The notes under the pieces were generated by a model. The model was not told the DNA's origin. It worked only from the letters and a program-made list of their open reading frames with translations, and made no database searches. From Microcoleus sp. (lineage in GTDB: Bacteria > Cyanobacteriota > Cyanobacteriia > Cyanobacteriales > Microcoleaceae), in contig CP181291.1 of assembly GCA_052279835.1 (NCBI GenBank), positions 1,312,001-1,376,000 of the forward strand: 64,000 nucleotides of DNA. The letters are read 5' to 3'. This document shows positions 39,798 through 50,236 of the stretch, piece by piece. The translations under genes were made by a program, and so were the position numbers. Numbering within the stretch: position 1 is the stretch's first letter; each line of letters opens with the position of its first letter.

Positions 39798-41108
39798 TCA
39801 CAAATTAACACTATTTTCATTGAGAGTAAAGTAAAAAATTGAACCTTGACCTGGTTCCGAATTTACCCAAATACGTCCCCCATGAAGTTCCACAATTTTT
39901 TGACAAATTGCCAAGCCAATACCTGTACCAGAATATTCTTTTTGAGTGTGCAATCGCTGGAAAATTTGAAATATGCGTTCTTGATGCTGCCGTGCAATCC
40001 CAATGCCATTATCTGCCACAGAAAATAGCCAATGATCGTGCTGTTTGCAAACACTGATGGAAATAGCAGGCGGTTCATTTTTGCGATATTTAATGGCATT
40101 GCCGACTAAATTTTGGAATAATTGCACGAGTTGGGAAATCTCGCCATTAACTACGGGTAACTCACCATAGGAAACTACAGCTTGGGTATCACGAATCACC
40201 CCTTGTAAATTAGCGAGAGCTTGCTCTAATACCTGATTGCAATTAGTAGGTTTAAAAGGCTTATGACTGCGACCTACTCGCGAGTATTCCAGCAAATCAT
40301 CAATTAAAGCTTGCATTCTCGTGCAGCCTTGAACAATATTCCCAATAAACTTATTAGCTTGACTATCTAGTTGTTCTTGGTAGCGTTTTTCTAAAAGCTG
40401 AGCGTAACTAGCTATAGTAGCCAAAGGCGCTTGCAAATCATGAGAGGCCACATAAGCAAATTGTTCTAGTTCGGCATTAGAACGAGCCAATTCTTGATTA
40501 GATTTCAAGAGAGCAGATTCGACGCGCTGGCGATTCCCTATCTCTTTTTGGAGCAACAAATTTTGTTCTTGCAGGGTTTTTTCAACAGCACAGCGAGTGC
40601 TGATTTCTTGTTGCAAAATTTGATTTTTTTCGTGGAGAACTTCTTCGACGGCTAAGCGGCTGCTGATTTCTTCTTGAAGAAGTACGTTTTGTTCTTTTAG
40701 CTGTTTTTGCAAATTCCGCAGGGTGAGATGACTTTCGATGCGTACCAACACTTCTTCAAACTGAAATGGCTTGCTGATGTAGTCTACGCCCCCTACGGCA
40801 AAGGCATTTACTTTGTCAAATACTTCATCTTTGGCGCTGATAAAAATTACCGGAATATCGCGAGTTATAGCATCATTTTTGAGGTGTTGACATACTTCGT
40901 AGCCATTCATTTCCGGCATCATGATATCGAGCAAAATCAAATCCGGCGGATTAGAATTGCAGGCTCTCAGAGCCATTTGCCCGTTAATGACGCAGCGCGG
41001 CACATAACCCCGCTGACTTAACATTGTAGACAAAAGACGCAGATTTTCTGGCGTATCATCTACTACTAAAATGTTGCCTAGTGAGGTTTTTTGTTCGTTA
41101 TTATTCAT
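39798..41108 (-). CDS. REC-histidine kinase
   Basis: ILVVDDTPEN, LLDIMMP, FAYVASHDLQAPL, GTGIGL. Confidence 0.95.
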   Translation of the reverse strand: MNNNEQKTSLGNILVVDDTPENLRLLSTMLSQRGYVPRCVINGQMALRACNSNPPDLILLDIMMPEMNGYEVCQHLKNDAITRDIPVIFISAKDEVFDKVNAFAVGGVDYISKPFQFEEVLVRIESHLTLRNLQKQLKEQNVLLQEEISSRLAVEEVLHEKNQILQQEISTRCAVEKTLQEQNLLLQKEIGNRQRVESALLKSNQELARSNAELEQFAYVASHDLQAPLATIASYAQLLEKRYQEQLDSQANKFIGNIVQGCTRMQALIDDLLEYSRVGRSHKPFKPTNCNQVLEQALANLQGVIRDTQAVVSYGELPVVNGEISQLVQLFQNLVGNAIKYRKNEPPAISISVCKQHDHWLFSVADNGIGIARQHQERIFQIFQRLHTQKEYSGTGIGLAICQKIVELHGGRIWVNSEPGQGSIFYFTLNENSVNL

Positions 41109-41194
41109 GAGATTTTTTTGTTTCAGATTTAACTAAAGATAGTTGTGGATATTTAATTTTAAATTAAGTGATGGGAAATTTTGTTAGCTTTTCA

Positions 41195-42856
41195 TTATAA
41201 TAGACTACCTTCCCCTATTTGACGCTTTTTTTCTAACATTGCTTCTAATTTTTGAAATATCTCTATATCTTTAGGTCTGATTTCTAAGGCGATGGAGTAC
41301 AATACTGTGGCTGCGTCAAGCCGATCGCTCTCGGCAAAATTTTGCGCTACTTCACAGTAAAATTCCAGAGGATATAGTGGCTGCTTTCCATGATGATAGT
41401 AGCTAGTTACTATGTCTGAATTTACCGGAGTTCTTTTTGTTAAAGCTTCGCCTAACTTTGTGTAAAGATTAGGGAGATTTTGGTCTAGTTGCAGCGCACC
41501 CAGGTAGGCGAAAACAGCATCGTTCCAGTTGTGGATTTCCCTCAAAGCATCACCTAAATTGTAATGAGACCAAGAAATATGTGGATTGAGTTGAATGGCG
41601 CGCTGGTAAGCGGTAGCTGCTGCTTTCCACTGTTCGGTTTTTAACAGGAGTTCTCCTAAATTATGGTAAGTCCAAGAGAATTCTGGATTGAGGGCGATCG
41701 CCCGCTGATAGGCAACTATTGCGTCTGGAAAATTTTCCATTTTAACTAAAGTCAAAGCTAAGTTATATTGAGACCAGAATAATTCTGAATTAAGAGCGAG
41801 GGCTGCTGTGTATGCAGCCACGGCTTCCGACCATTTTTCTAGTTTAAAAAGAGCATCTCCCCATTTGTGAAATGCTATAAAAGAGTTGTGATATAATTCA
41901 GTAGCGCGCTGATAAGCGGTTGCGGATTCTGACCATTTTTCTAATTTGTCGCAGGCTTCACCGATGCTGTAGTAACCCGAGGAACAATCGGGGTCAATTT
42001 CAACACTGGTGCGGTAGGCGATGAGAGCTTCTTGCCATTTTTCTAATTTGAACAGAACGTTGCCTAAGTTATAATAATACGAAAAAGAGTTGGGATTCAA
42101 ATCAATACTTTCCCGGTAGGCTGTGACCGCTTCATGCAACAGTCCCTTTGCTTGCAAAGCATTACCTAATTTATAATAAATCTCGGAAATTTCTGGTAAT
42201 ATTTTGATAGCTTGGCGGTAGTTAGCAATAGCTTCATCCCACTGTTGTAACTGGGTAGCAGCGTCTGCTAATTTATAATAAGCTTCGCAACAACTGGGGT
42301 TTAAAATAAGAGTGCGTTTGTAACAATTTATTGCTAATTCTGGTTTGTTTTGTGCGGATAAAGTATTGCCTAAATCGAGGTATTCTTCTGGTATTTCTAC
42401 AGGTGTCAGCATGAGTGCTTGATACCAACAATTGGCGGCTTCCTCAGCTTTGCCAACTTGGGTAAATACGCGGCTTAAATTACGGTAAAATCCTGCAAAG
42501 TCTGGTTGTAGGGAGATGGCTGTTTGGTAACAGGCGATCGCCTCTTGCCATTGCTCCAAGGTAGCACAGAGAGTGCCGAGGTTGGCAAAAGCTTCGGCAA
42601 AATCGGGTTTGAGGGCGATCGCAACTTTGTACCAATACCTTGCGTCTTCTAGTTTACCCTGAGCTTGCAGCGCCTTCCCTAGGGTTTTGCAAGTCTCGGC
42701 GGAATTGGGATCGGATGCCAAAACTTGTTGACAAAGTGCGATCGCTTCGTCTAATTTCCCTAAAGCCAAATATATTTCTGCTTGTTGTTGAAAATCGAGG
42801 GCTACTATTTCTGAATTCACTTTTTGCATTCCTGTGGAGTAATAATTACCTGTCAA
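41195..42856 (-). CDS. TPR repeat protein
   Basis: More than 12 TPR motifs (e.g. AIACYQTAISLQP). Confidence 0.92.
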   Translation of the reverse strand: MTGNYYSTGMQKVNSEIVALDFQQQAEIYLALGKLDEAIALCQQVLASDPNSAETCKTLGKALQAQGKLEDARYWYKVAIALKPDFAEAFANLGTLCATLEQWQEAIACYQTAISLQPDFAGFYRNLSRVFTQVGKAEEAANCWYQALMLTPVEIPEEYLDLGNTLSAQNKPELAINCYKRTLILNPSCCEAYYKLADAATQLQQWDEAIANYRQAIKILPEISEIYYKLGNALQAKGLLHEAVTAYRESIDLNPNSFSYYYNLGNVLFKLEKWQEALIAYRTSVEIDPDCSSGYYSIGEACDKLEKWSESATAYQRATELYHNSFIAFHKWGDALFKLEKWSEAVAAYTAALALNSELFWSQYNLALTLVKMENFPDAIVAYQRAIALNPEFSWTYHNLGELLLKTEQWKAAATAYQRAIQLNPHISWSHYNLGDALREIHNWNDAVFAYLGALQLDQNLPNLYTKLGEALTKRTPVNSDIVTSYYHHGKQPLYPLEFYCEVAQNFAESDRLDAATVLYSIALEIRPKDIEIFQKLEAMLEKKRQIGEGSLL

Positions 42857-42980
42857 AGTATATGTTACAACTTACCTAAGTTAAAATTCAACCAAGTACA
42901 TCTACTGACCGACAAAAGGCGATCGAAGTCTGCAACATTAATATAAACTAAATAATAATACATTAACAGGGAGATCAAGA

Positions 42981-45900
42981 ATGTCAAAGGCCAAGGGGAC
43001 ACCGGAAGTAAGCGTAATTATACCTGCATATAATGGCGATCGCTACATCGTGCAAGCTGTAGAAAGCGTCCTGAACCAAACCTATACAAACTGGGAAATT
43101 ATCGTCATCGACGACGGTTCTCAAGATGAGACCCATCAAGTGTTACAGCCTTATTTTGACAAAATCAACTACATTTATCAACAAAACCAAGGAGTAGCGG
43201 CCGCCCGCAATAGAGGAATAAAAGAAGCCACAGGTAACTTAATTGCTTTTTTAGATCAAGATGACTTTTTTTTGCCAAATAAGTTAGCAGCACAGGTAGC
43301 ACTATTTACCGCATCACCTTCCTTGGGGATTGTCAATAGCGGTTGGCACTTAGTTAACGAGAAAGGAGAGATAATTTCCGATATTAAACCTTGGCAATAT
43401 TTCCCCAAATTAGACCTAGAAACATGGATAGTACAGATGCCCGTACTTCCCAGCGCCATGATGTTTTCACGAAAATGGTTAGAAATTGCAGGGGGATTTA
43501 ATTCAGAGTTTGATTCGGTAGATGATGCCGATTTAGTAATCCGTTTAGCTGTCTTAGGCTGCGAAGCGGGTTGGCTACCCCAGGTGACAGTCGGTTATCG
43601 CCAGCATGACAAAAATGTGTCAATCAAAAAAGCTCTCCAACAAGCAAATCTGTTTATTAACTTAAAACATAATTTCTTCAATAAACCAGATTTGCCACAG
43701 GCCATCCGCGATTTAAAAAATCCTGCTTTCTATGAAGCATTGACATGGATGGCATGGCAATTGTACTATAGCGGCTATCCCGTGGCCGCAGTTGAGTATT
43801 ACCAAAAATCTTTGCCATATACTCCTTACTCTGCTACAAAAACCGTAATAGATTGGATAAATCGTCTAGCTTCTATTTCTCAAGCTTATGGATTTAGCCT
43901 CGATCTGCAATCTTTAAGAAACTTATCAGAATGGAAACAGTTAATGTCTAGCATACTACCAAAAAAAACAGTACGAGTCAGCGTCATTATCCCAGCATAT
44001 AACTGCGATCGCTACATTGTCAGAGCCGTAGAAAGTGCCATAAACCAAACTTACCAAGACTGGGAAATTATTGTCATTGATGATGGATCTACCGACAATA
44101 TTCGCCAAGTGTTAGAGCCTTACTACGATTCAATTCAGTACATATATCAAGCAAATCAAGGAGCAGCAATAGCTCGAAATCGAGCCTGCGAACTAGCCAA
44201 AGGAGAATTTTTAGCATTTCTAGATGGAGACGACTTTTTTCTGCCCGAAAAGCTGGAAAAACAAATTGCTTGTTTTGATGCCGACCCCTCTTTAGATATG
44301 GTACAAAATGGCTGGCTGATAGTCGATAAAAACGGCAAAGACCTCTATCCAGTTATGCCTTGGGAAGAATCGCCAAAATTAGATTTAGAAACCCTAGTTT
44401 TGTACAAATTTGTCCGTCCCAGCGCCATAATGTTGCGGCGAGAATGGTGGGAACGCTTAGGGGGGTTTGACTCTCGCTTTCCGCCAACGGAAGATTTAGA
44501 TTTTGTCTTACGTTTAGCGTTAAAAGGTTGCAAGTCAGTTTGGCTAAAAGAGATATTAACCTGCTATCGTCAGCACGAGACTAATCTCATGTCCGGTGGA
44601 TTTAAAGTAATGAAAAATATGGAAATGGTGATGGAGCAATTTTTCGCTAGGCTAGACTTACCTCAGCACATTCGCGAATTGAAACGGGCGGAACGTTACA
44701 AGTGCTTAGTATGGATTGCGTGGCGGATGTATCGCGATGGATATTTAGCAGAGATGGTTGAGTGTTTGGAAAAATCTCTTCATTACACTCCTTATACTGG
44801 TAGTGAAACTGTTTTTAAATGGTTGGAAACTTTTAGGGTTTCTGCCCAAAGTAATGGCGATGCCTTTGATTCCTATGCCTTAACTAATTTAAAAGAATGG
44901 CAAGATATCGTAGTCCTGGCTGTTAATAATACTTATCAATTTTCCCCTGCATCTAATTCAATTTACGAACCGCAAAAAGCGCGGATACTAATGTACGCCG
45001 AAGACCACGGAGTCGGAGGTTTAGCTCAGTTTAATCACTCTCTCATGTGTAAATTGGCGGCGGAAGGCTACCAAGTTGTTAGCGTGCAAAGTAAAACTGA
45101 CAACCCTTTAATTGCTGAACAAAAACAGCTAGGTATAGAACATATTTGGCTAGAGTTTGACACGATGAAAGAGTTTTTGCGGATTGCTTACAATTTAGGA
45201 GATGCTAAAAAGATCTATGCCCTAGCTAAACCAGATTTAATTATATTTAGTGACGGCTGGCCAATCGCCAATTTTGCAGCCAAGCAAGTTGCTATTCAGC
45301 AAAACCTACCGTACATAGTTACTCTGGGTTATGTCGATGGTACTTATGAAACTTTCAATCGTGGCGATCGAATTCCCTATTTTGATGCAGTCTCCTATCA
45401 GTACGAATTAGCCAAGGCCGCAGTAGCAGTTTCACAGGAAAACTTAAACTTGTTCAAAAGCCTTTTTAAAACGCCTCTAGAACGGGGAAAAGTTATCTAT
45501 TACGGCAGACCTAACATTTATTTTGAACCGCCAAATCTTTCAACTCGCCAACGCCTGCGTCAAGAACAAGGAATTCCTGAAGATGCGATCGTTTGTTTCA
45601 CGGCGGCGAGATTGACTCCCATTAAAGGATTTCAGTATCAATTACAGGCGATCGCCCAACTCAAACAACTTCCAATTTGGTCACAAATTTACTTTGTTTG
45701 GGCCGGTCCTGGGTCTACTACTCACGACAACATGGAGCCTGAATTAAGAGCCACTGCGAGCAAATTAGGAGTAGAGCAACAGGTTAAATTTTTAGGACAG
45801 CGCTGGGATATTGCTGATTGGCTCGATGCCAGCGATATCTTTATATTATGTTCTGAAGCAGAGGGAATGCCGCTAGCAATTATGGAAGCCATGGCGAAAG

Positions 45901-46487
45901 GATTACCCGTAATTGCCACAGCAGTCAGTGGTATTCCCGAAGAATTGGGAGACACGGGAAAGTTGCTCCCCGATCCTAAAATAAATCCTGAAGGAACAGT
46001 CAAAGAGTTGGTAGAAACGGTGGAAATCTGGGCCGAAAATTCCGAATTGCGACGACTTGCAGGACAAGGGTGCAAAGCGCGATCTGAACAACTATTCAAA
46101 GAAGAACGGATGCTGCGGGAATATGTAGAAGTAATTGAACAGGCCCTGGAAACTGACGACAAAAACAACAGTCTTTCTCTGAGTCCGAAAGTTCAAAAGC
46201 AGATACAGGAAGTGGATAAGCTGCTAAAATACTATCATTTAGTTTGGAAAGCTTGGGATGCTTGCGATCGCGGAAATAGGTCGGAGATGGTCAAGCATTT
46301 GCAATCTTCTTGGGAGTGTACCCCATTTTTTACCACAGAAACTATTTTGTATTGGGTGAATGTTTTTGCGATTTTGTCTTCAGAGAAGGGGGCTAAACTT
46401 GATACTTGCGCGCTAATTAACTCAGGAGAGTGGAAACAATTGATGGAATCAATACAGGGTTTTGAAGTGGTGTCATCTGCTCTTTAA
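42981..46487 (+). CDS. Multidomain glycosyltransferase GT2-GT2-GT4
   Basis: Two VSVIIPAYN...IDDGS...FLDxDD units; C-terminal EGMPLAIMEAMAKG. Confidence 0.93.
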   Translation: MSKAKGTPEVSVIIPAYNGDRYIVQAVESVLNQTYTNWEIIVIDDGSQDETHQVLQPYFDKINYIYQQNQGVAAARNRGIKEATGNLIAFLDQDDFFLPNKLAAQVALFTASPSLGIVNSGWHLVNEKGEIISDIKPWQYFPKLDLETWIVQMPVLPSAMMFSRKWLEIAGGFNSEFDSVDDADLVIRLAVLGCEAGWLPQVTVGYRQHDKNVSIKKALQQANLFINLKHNFFNKPDLPQAIRDLKNPAFYEALTWMAWQLYYSGYPVAAVEYYQKSLPYTPYSATKTVIDWINRLASISQAYGFSLDLQSLRNLSEWKQLMSSILPKKTVRVSVIIPAYNCDRYIVRAVESAINQTYQDWEIIVIDDGSTDNIRQVLEPYYDSIQYIYQANQGAAIARNRACELAKGEFLAFLDGDDFFLPEKLEKQIACFDADPSLDMVQNGWLIVDKNGKDLYPVMPWEESPKLDLETLVLYKFVRPSAIMLRREWWERLGGFDSRFPPTEDLDFVLRLALKGCKSVWLKEILTCYRQHETNLMSGGFKVMKNMEMVMEQFFARLDLPQHIRELKRAERYKCLVWIAWRMYRDGYLAEMVECLEKSLHYTPYTGSETVFKWLETFRVSAQSNGDAFDSYALTNLKEWQDIVVLAVNNTYQFSPASNSIYEPQKARILMYAEDHGVGGLAQFNHSLMCKLAAEGYQVVSVQSKTDNPLIAEQKQLGIEHIWLEFDTMKEFLRIAYNLGDAKKIYALAKPDLIIFSDGWPIANFAAKQVAIQQNLPYIVTLGYVDGTYETFNRGDRIPYFDAVSYQYELAKAAVAVSQENLNLFKSLFKTPLERGKVIYYGRPNIYFEPPNLSTRQRLRQEQGIPEDAIVCFTAARLTPIKGFQYQLQAIAQLKQLPIWSQIYFVWAGPGSTTHDNMEPELRATASKLGVEQQVKFLGQRWDIADWLDASDIFILCSEAEGMPLAIMEAMAKGLPVIATAVSGIPEELGDTGKLLPDPKINPEGTVKELVETVEIWAENSELRRLAGQGCKARSEQLFKEERMLREYVEVIEQALETDDKNNSLSLSPKVQKQIQEVDKLLKYYHLVWKAWDACDRGNRSEMVKHLQSSWECTPFFTTETILYWVNVFAILSSEKGAKLDTCALINSGEWKQLMESIQGFEVVSSAL

Positions 46488-46494
46488 GCTCATC

Positions 46495-46580
46495 GGCGAT
46501 TGAAATCGCTGCTACACCTACAAAGCTGAATCGGCGATTGAAATCGCTACTACACATACAAAGTCCGCCTCCGCGGACTA
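46495..46580. repeat. REP-like repeat with a partial tandem duplication
   Basis: CGGCGATTGAAATCGCT twice, then AAAGTCCGCCTCCGCGGACT. Confidence 0.8.
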
Positions 46581-46600
46581 AAGAAAGAACATCAAAGATT

Positions 46601-47926
46601 ATGCGATTTACATTCAAGTTCCCATCTCTTCATAAACTGCTGCCAATTTGTTTAGCTCTTGTCACTGTTTTGTTAATCATTTACTTGGGAGAGCAAAGAT
46701 CGATCGCCCAAATGCGATCTAATGTCACAGTAGATTTCGGACTCCCAGCAGCCACAATTTCCATGAGTGGCATCCTCCACGGAATCGACACCACAAAACC
46801 GCCGGATAACTTCATCAAGCCCTTGCAGCCGAAACTTTGGCGGGCTGGGAGACTCGATATTTACGATCGCGTAATCGCCAGCGGAGCCGAGTTTCAACTA
46901 TTAGTCAGCGACTTGTGGGGCTACGGCAGCAATCCCAAAGGTTGGCCCCATCAAAACTACCCCGCATGGGAAGCATTCATACGGCAATTAGCTCAACAAA
47001 ATAAAGGCAAAAAAATTATTTGGGATGTCTGGAATGAACCAGATTTAAGAAATCCGTTTTGGAATGGAAGCAGAGAACAATTTTTTGAAACCTACAAAAG
47101 AGCTTACAAAATATTGCGACAAGAATTAGGGCCATCAGCCATGATTGGCGGACCCAGTATTACTAACTACAACAAAGAATATCTAACCGCTTTTCTGGAC
47201 TATTGCAAAGCGAACAAACTGGAAGTAAATTTCCTAGCTTGGCACGAACTTAATGACACTATGATTTCATTTGTTGACGACCACGTAATTGATGCTAAGC
47301 GCAATTTTCAACAAAGTGCCTCTTACAAAGAACTGAAATTGCAAAAGATTTATGTCAACGAGATTATCGGAGACTTAGCTCAGTATCAACCGGGGGAAAT
47401 TTTAGGTTATTTCTATAACTTGGAATATGCAAAAGCCGACGGTGCTTGCAGAGCTTGTTGGGATACTAAAGGACCAAATAAAGTTAGCAATTGCTTCAAC
47501 AATACCTTGAGTGGAATGGTGACTCCCAATACTTTTGAGCCGAGAGCAGCTTGGTGGACTTACAAAGCTTATGCTGACGGAGTTAATTCGCGGGTGCTGA
47601 GCAAATCGGATAACGATCGCGTTGTCGCTTTAGCCAGCAAGTCAAATCCTGAAGGTAAAGCACAGGTACTTTTGGGTTATTTCGATCGCAATTATTCCTC
47701 AGCCACAACCGTCACCTTAAATCTCAAAAATTTACCACAGCTAGGTATTCAAAGCGGTCAAAAAATCCGTCTCAAATTAGAAAAAATTCCCAACAATCAA
47801 GAAGGCTCAGTGCCAAAACTGGTTAGCATCAAAGAAGAAACTTTATCGGTTGTTAAAAATGATTTGAGTTATGTCATTCCTAACTTCAATCTACATGAAG
47901 GTTATTTATTAACCGTTAGTAAATGA
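46601..47926 (+). CDS. Exported clan GH-A glycoside hydrolase (GH39-like)
   Basis: N-terminal hydrophobic signal or anchor, WDVWNEPD, IGGPS, AWHE, YVNE. Confidence 0.8.
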   Translation: MRFTFKFPSLHKLLPICLALVTVLLIIYLGEQRSIAQMRSNVTVDFGLPAATISMSGILHGIDTTKPPDNFIKPLQPKLWRAGRLDIYDRVIASGAEFQLLVSDLWGYGSNPKGWPHQNYPAWEAFIRQLAQQNKGKKIIWDVWNEPDLRNPFWNGSREQFFETYKRAYKILRQELGPSAMIGGPSITNYNKEYLTAFLDYCKANKLEVNFLAWHELNDTMISFVDDHVIDAKRNFQQSASYKELKLQKIYVNEIIGDLAQYQPGEILGYFYNLEYAKADGACRACWDTKGPNKVSNCFNNTLSGMVTPNTFEPRAAWWTYKAYADGVNSRVLSKSDNDRVVALASKSNPEGKAQVLLGYFDRNYSSATTVTLNLKNLPQLGIQSGQKIRLKLEKIPNNQEGSVPKLVSIKEETLSVVKNDLSYVIPNFNLHEGYLLTVSK

Positions 47927-47980
47927 TTGAGGGCGGGCACGAGAACCCACCGGACAATAAAATTCATTGTTTGTGAATTG

Positions 47981-48086
47981 ATATCAAATCCGGTAGCATC
48001 GTCCTGTATTCATATCTCTATTCTCTCCCTCTGTGTCCTCTGTGTTCTCTGCGGTTAAATCATTCCGATGCAACGGTCAACGATAT
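47981..48086. mobile_element. MITE-like element
   Basis: ATATCAAATCCGGTAGCATCG ... GCGGTTAAATCATTCCGATGCAACGG. Confidence 0.7.
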
Positions 48087-48174
48087 GATTGTTTGTAGAA
48101 CGGGCATCTTGCCCGTTATTTTATATAGGCAAGATGTCAGTTTGAACAGATTTATTGACCGTGGATGTTAGAGT

Positions 48175-48474
48175 TTAGCTGGCATTGCTCAAAGACTGTT
48201 GTACAGATTCCAACCATTCTGTGACTGTTTGATTTTCGCTGCTGGGATCGTAGTAACATCCTAATTCTTCCAGAATCAATGTTTCTAAATCTGGTTCTGC
48301 GATCGACATTTTTAGCAGTTGGTTAAGTTCTGCTAATACAGCTTCAATAGTTTCTGGCGATTCGCTATGGAGGTAATTTTCCACTACTTCGCTAGCATTG
48401 CTGGCTTCTAGTAGCCAGTCTTGATGAAAGTAAGAACTAAAAAATTGGGTTAATTCAGGAAATCGATCGTTCAT
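48175..48474 (-). CDS. CdiI-like immunity protein
   Basis: FPELTQFFSSYFHQDW motif, acidic, 99 aa; ATGA overlap with the upstream toxin gene. Confidence 0.85.
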   Translation of the reverse strand: MNDRFPELTQFFSSYFHQDWLLEASNASEVVENYLHSESPETIEAVLAELNQLLKMSIAEPDLETLILEELGCYYDPSSENQTVTEWLESVQQSLSNAS

Positions 48475-49001
48475 AGGGGATAAGCTGTGAGAATAAAGTA
48501 TCCGGGAGATAATTTGGTGCTGCGCTGAAGGACAATTTTCAGTCTAGATGTGGAACTTGCTTTGGAAGCGCGGCGGGTGAGTGTAATGCCAATTATTCTG
48601 TGGGTATCGTATTCGATTGTATAACGATTGCTTCGTTTTTTTACCCAGGAGTCGATCGCACTTTTCTTTTCTTCCATTGCTTCAGCAATCGCCGATTCAG
48701 CCACGGAACGATAGGTAAACGAAGACGCGGCAGAAATTCTCCTATCCCTGGCCAGTCGCTGTGCGAGTTCTGCTTCTGTTTTACCAACGTGTTTCTCTAA
48801 AGTGTGTCCTCCTGCTGCTTCGTGAAAGTCTAATCCGCCGCCCGGTATGTTGGGTGCAAAGGCTACGATTGTTTGTCCAGGTATGCTGGAGATATGCTGT
48901 GCGGAAACAGGAGTTATCGCCGACTGAAATAGGACAATTATTGAGGCAATGCTGCACAGAATACCTAAAAACTTTTGCCAGCGATCGAGTTTAATTTGCA
49001 T
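48471..49001 (-). CDS. Signal-peptide protein with a bacterial RNase A-like (CdiA-CT type) toxin domain
   Basis: MQIKLDRWQKFLGIL...PVSA signal; HEAAGGHTLEKHVGKT...AASSF...ILTAYP. Confidence 0.85.
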   Translation of the reverse strand: MQIKLDRWQKFLGILCSIASIIVLFQSAITPVSAQHISSIPGQTIVAFAPNIPGGGLDFHEAAGGHTLEKHVGKTEAELAQRLARDRRISAASSFTYRSVAESAIAEAMEEKKSAIDSWVKKRSNRYTIEYDTHRIIGITLTRRASKASSTSRLKIVLQRSTKLSPGYFILTAYPL

Positions 49002-49292
49002 TGTATTTTGTTTAATTTTTATTGTTAGTATAGCCTCCCGCGGTATTTCCGAGCAATAGACATCTTCACAAAAGCTGGTATGGAACAGGCATCCTCCGTG
49101 TTCCACACTAATTATGGCATAGGTCTATTAGGAATTTTTATTTAAATATATTTATTAAACAAATTAAAATTTAAATTATTTTTTATTCATGAGTTTATAA
49201 AAATTAGATAAAGTTGAGAAAGTAATATTTATTTAAACTTATTCCGCGAAATAAATGATAAGTTAGTTGATTATCTTTAAAAAATTGAAAAA

Positions 49293-50066
49293 ATGCAAGT
49301 AGTTATCCTAGCCGGCGGTCTTGGTACTCGTCTCAGAGAAGAAACAGAATTTCGCCCCAAACCCTTAGTTGATGTGGGCGGGTATCCGATTCTGTGGCAC
49401 ATCATGAAGATATATGCACACTACGGCTTCCATAACTTTCTGGTGTGCTTGGGCTATCGCGGCAACATGATTAAAGAATATTTCCTCAATTATGAAGCCA
49501 TGAACAATGACTTTACTATCTGCTTAGGCCGCAAAAATACCATCACGTATCATGGGGAACATCAAGAACAAGATTTTAATGTTACCTTGGCTGAAACTGG
49601 GGCGGAAAGTATGACTGGAGGGCGGGTAAAACGGATTGAAAAATATATCGATCGCGATAATTTCATGGTGACATATGGGGATGGAGTTGCTGATGTAAAT
49701 ATTGAAGAACTACTCGCTTTCCACAAAGCTCACGGTAAACTGGCAACTGTGACGACTTTTCGCCCTATTTCTCGTTTTGGAATTTTAGATGTAGATACTC
49801 AAGGGCGCGTACTCCAATTTGCTGAAAAACCGCAAATAGATGGTTGGATCAGCATTGGATATATGATATTTAATCGCCGAGTATTTGAGTATTTGGGGGG
49901 AGATGATTGTATCTTAGAACAGGACCCAATGCAGCGTTTGGCGGCCGAAGGAGAGTTGATGGCTTATCGCCATGAGGGCTTCTTTTTTGCGATGGATACT
50001 TATCGAGAATACAAGTACCTAAATGAACTTTGGGACTGTGGTGAAGCTCCTTGGAAAGTGTGGTAA
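49293..50066 (+). CDS. rfbF: Glucose-1-phosphate cytidylyltransferase
   Basis: ILAGGLGTRLREET...PKP, PILWHIMK, MTGGRV, TYGDGV, MDT. Confidence 0.95.
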   Translation: MQVVILAGGLGTRLREETEFRPKPLVDVGGYPILWHIMKIYAHYGFHNFLVCLGYRGNMIKEYFLNYEAMNNDFTICLGRKNTITYHGEHQEQDFNVTLAETGAESMTGGRVKRIEKYIDRDNFMVTYGDGVADVNIEELLAFHKAHGKLATVTTFRPISRFGILDVDTQGRVLQFAEKPQIDGWISIGYMIFNRRVFEYLGGDDCILEQDPMQRLAAEGELMAYRHEGFFFAMDTYREYKYLNELWDCGEAPWKVW

Positions 50067-50170
50067 TAGGGAATGGGGAATGGGGAATTGGGCAGATTGA
50101 TAGCTGTATCTCCTCCTTTACCGGTAACTGATTATTGCTAAGTAAACCAGCCCCAAAAAATAGAATAGCG

Positions 50171-50203
50171 AGATTCCCCACTTCTTAAATAAGTCGGGAA
50201 TCT
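50171..50203. repeat. Imperfect palindrome (REP-like or terminator)
   Basis: AGATTCCCCACTTCTTAAATAAGTCGGGAATCT. Confidence 0.55.
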
Positions 50204-50236
50204 AACAGTCAGAGCATTTTATGTTTGTTAGATGAG

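Noticed and set aside
49130..49292. Very AT-rich tract as a replication origin
   Set aside because: No DnaA boxes or iterons seen; fits a divergent promoter region
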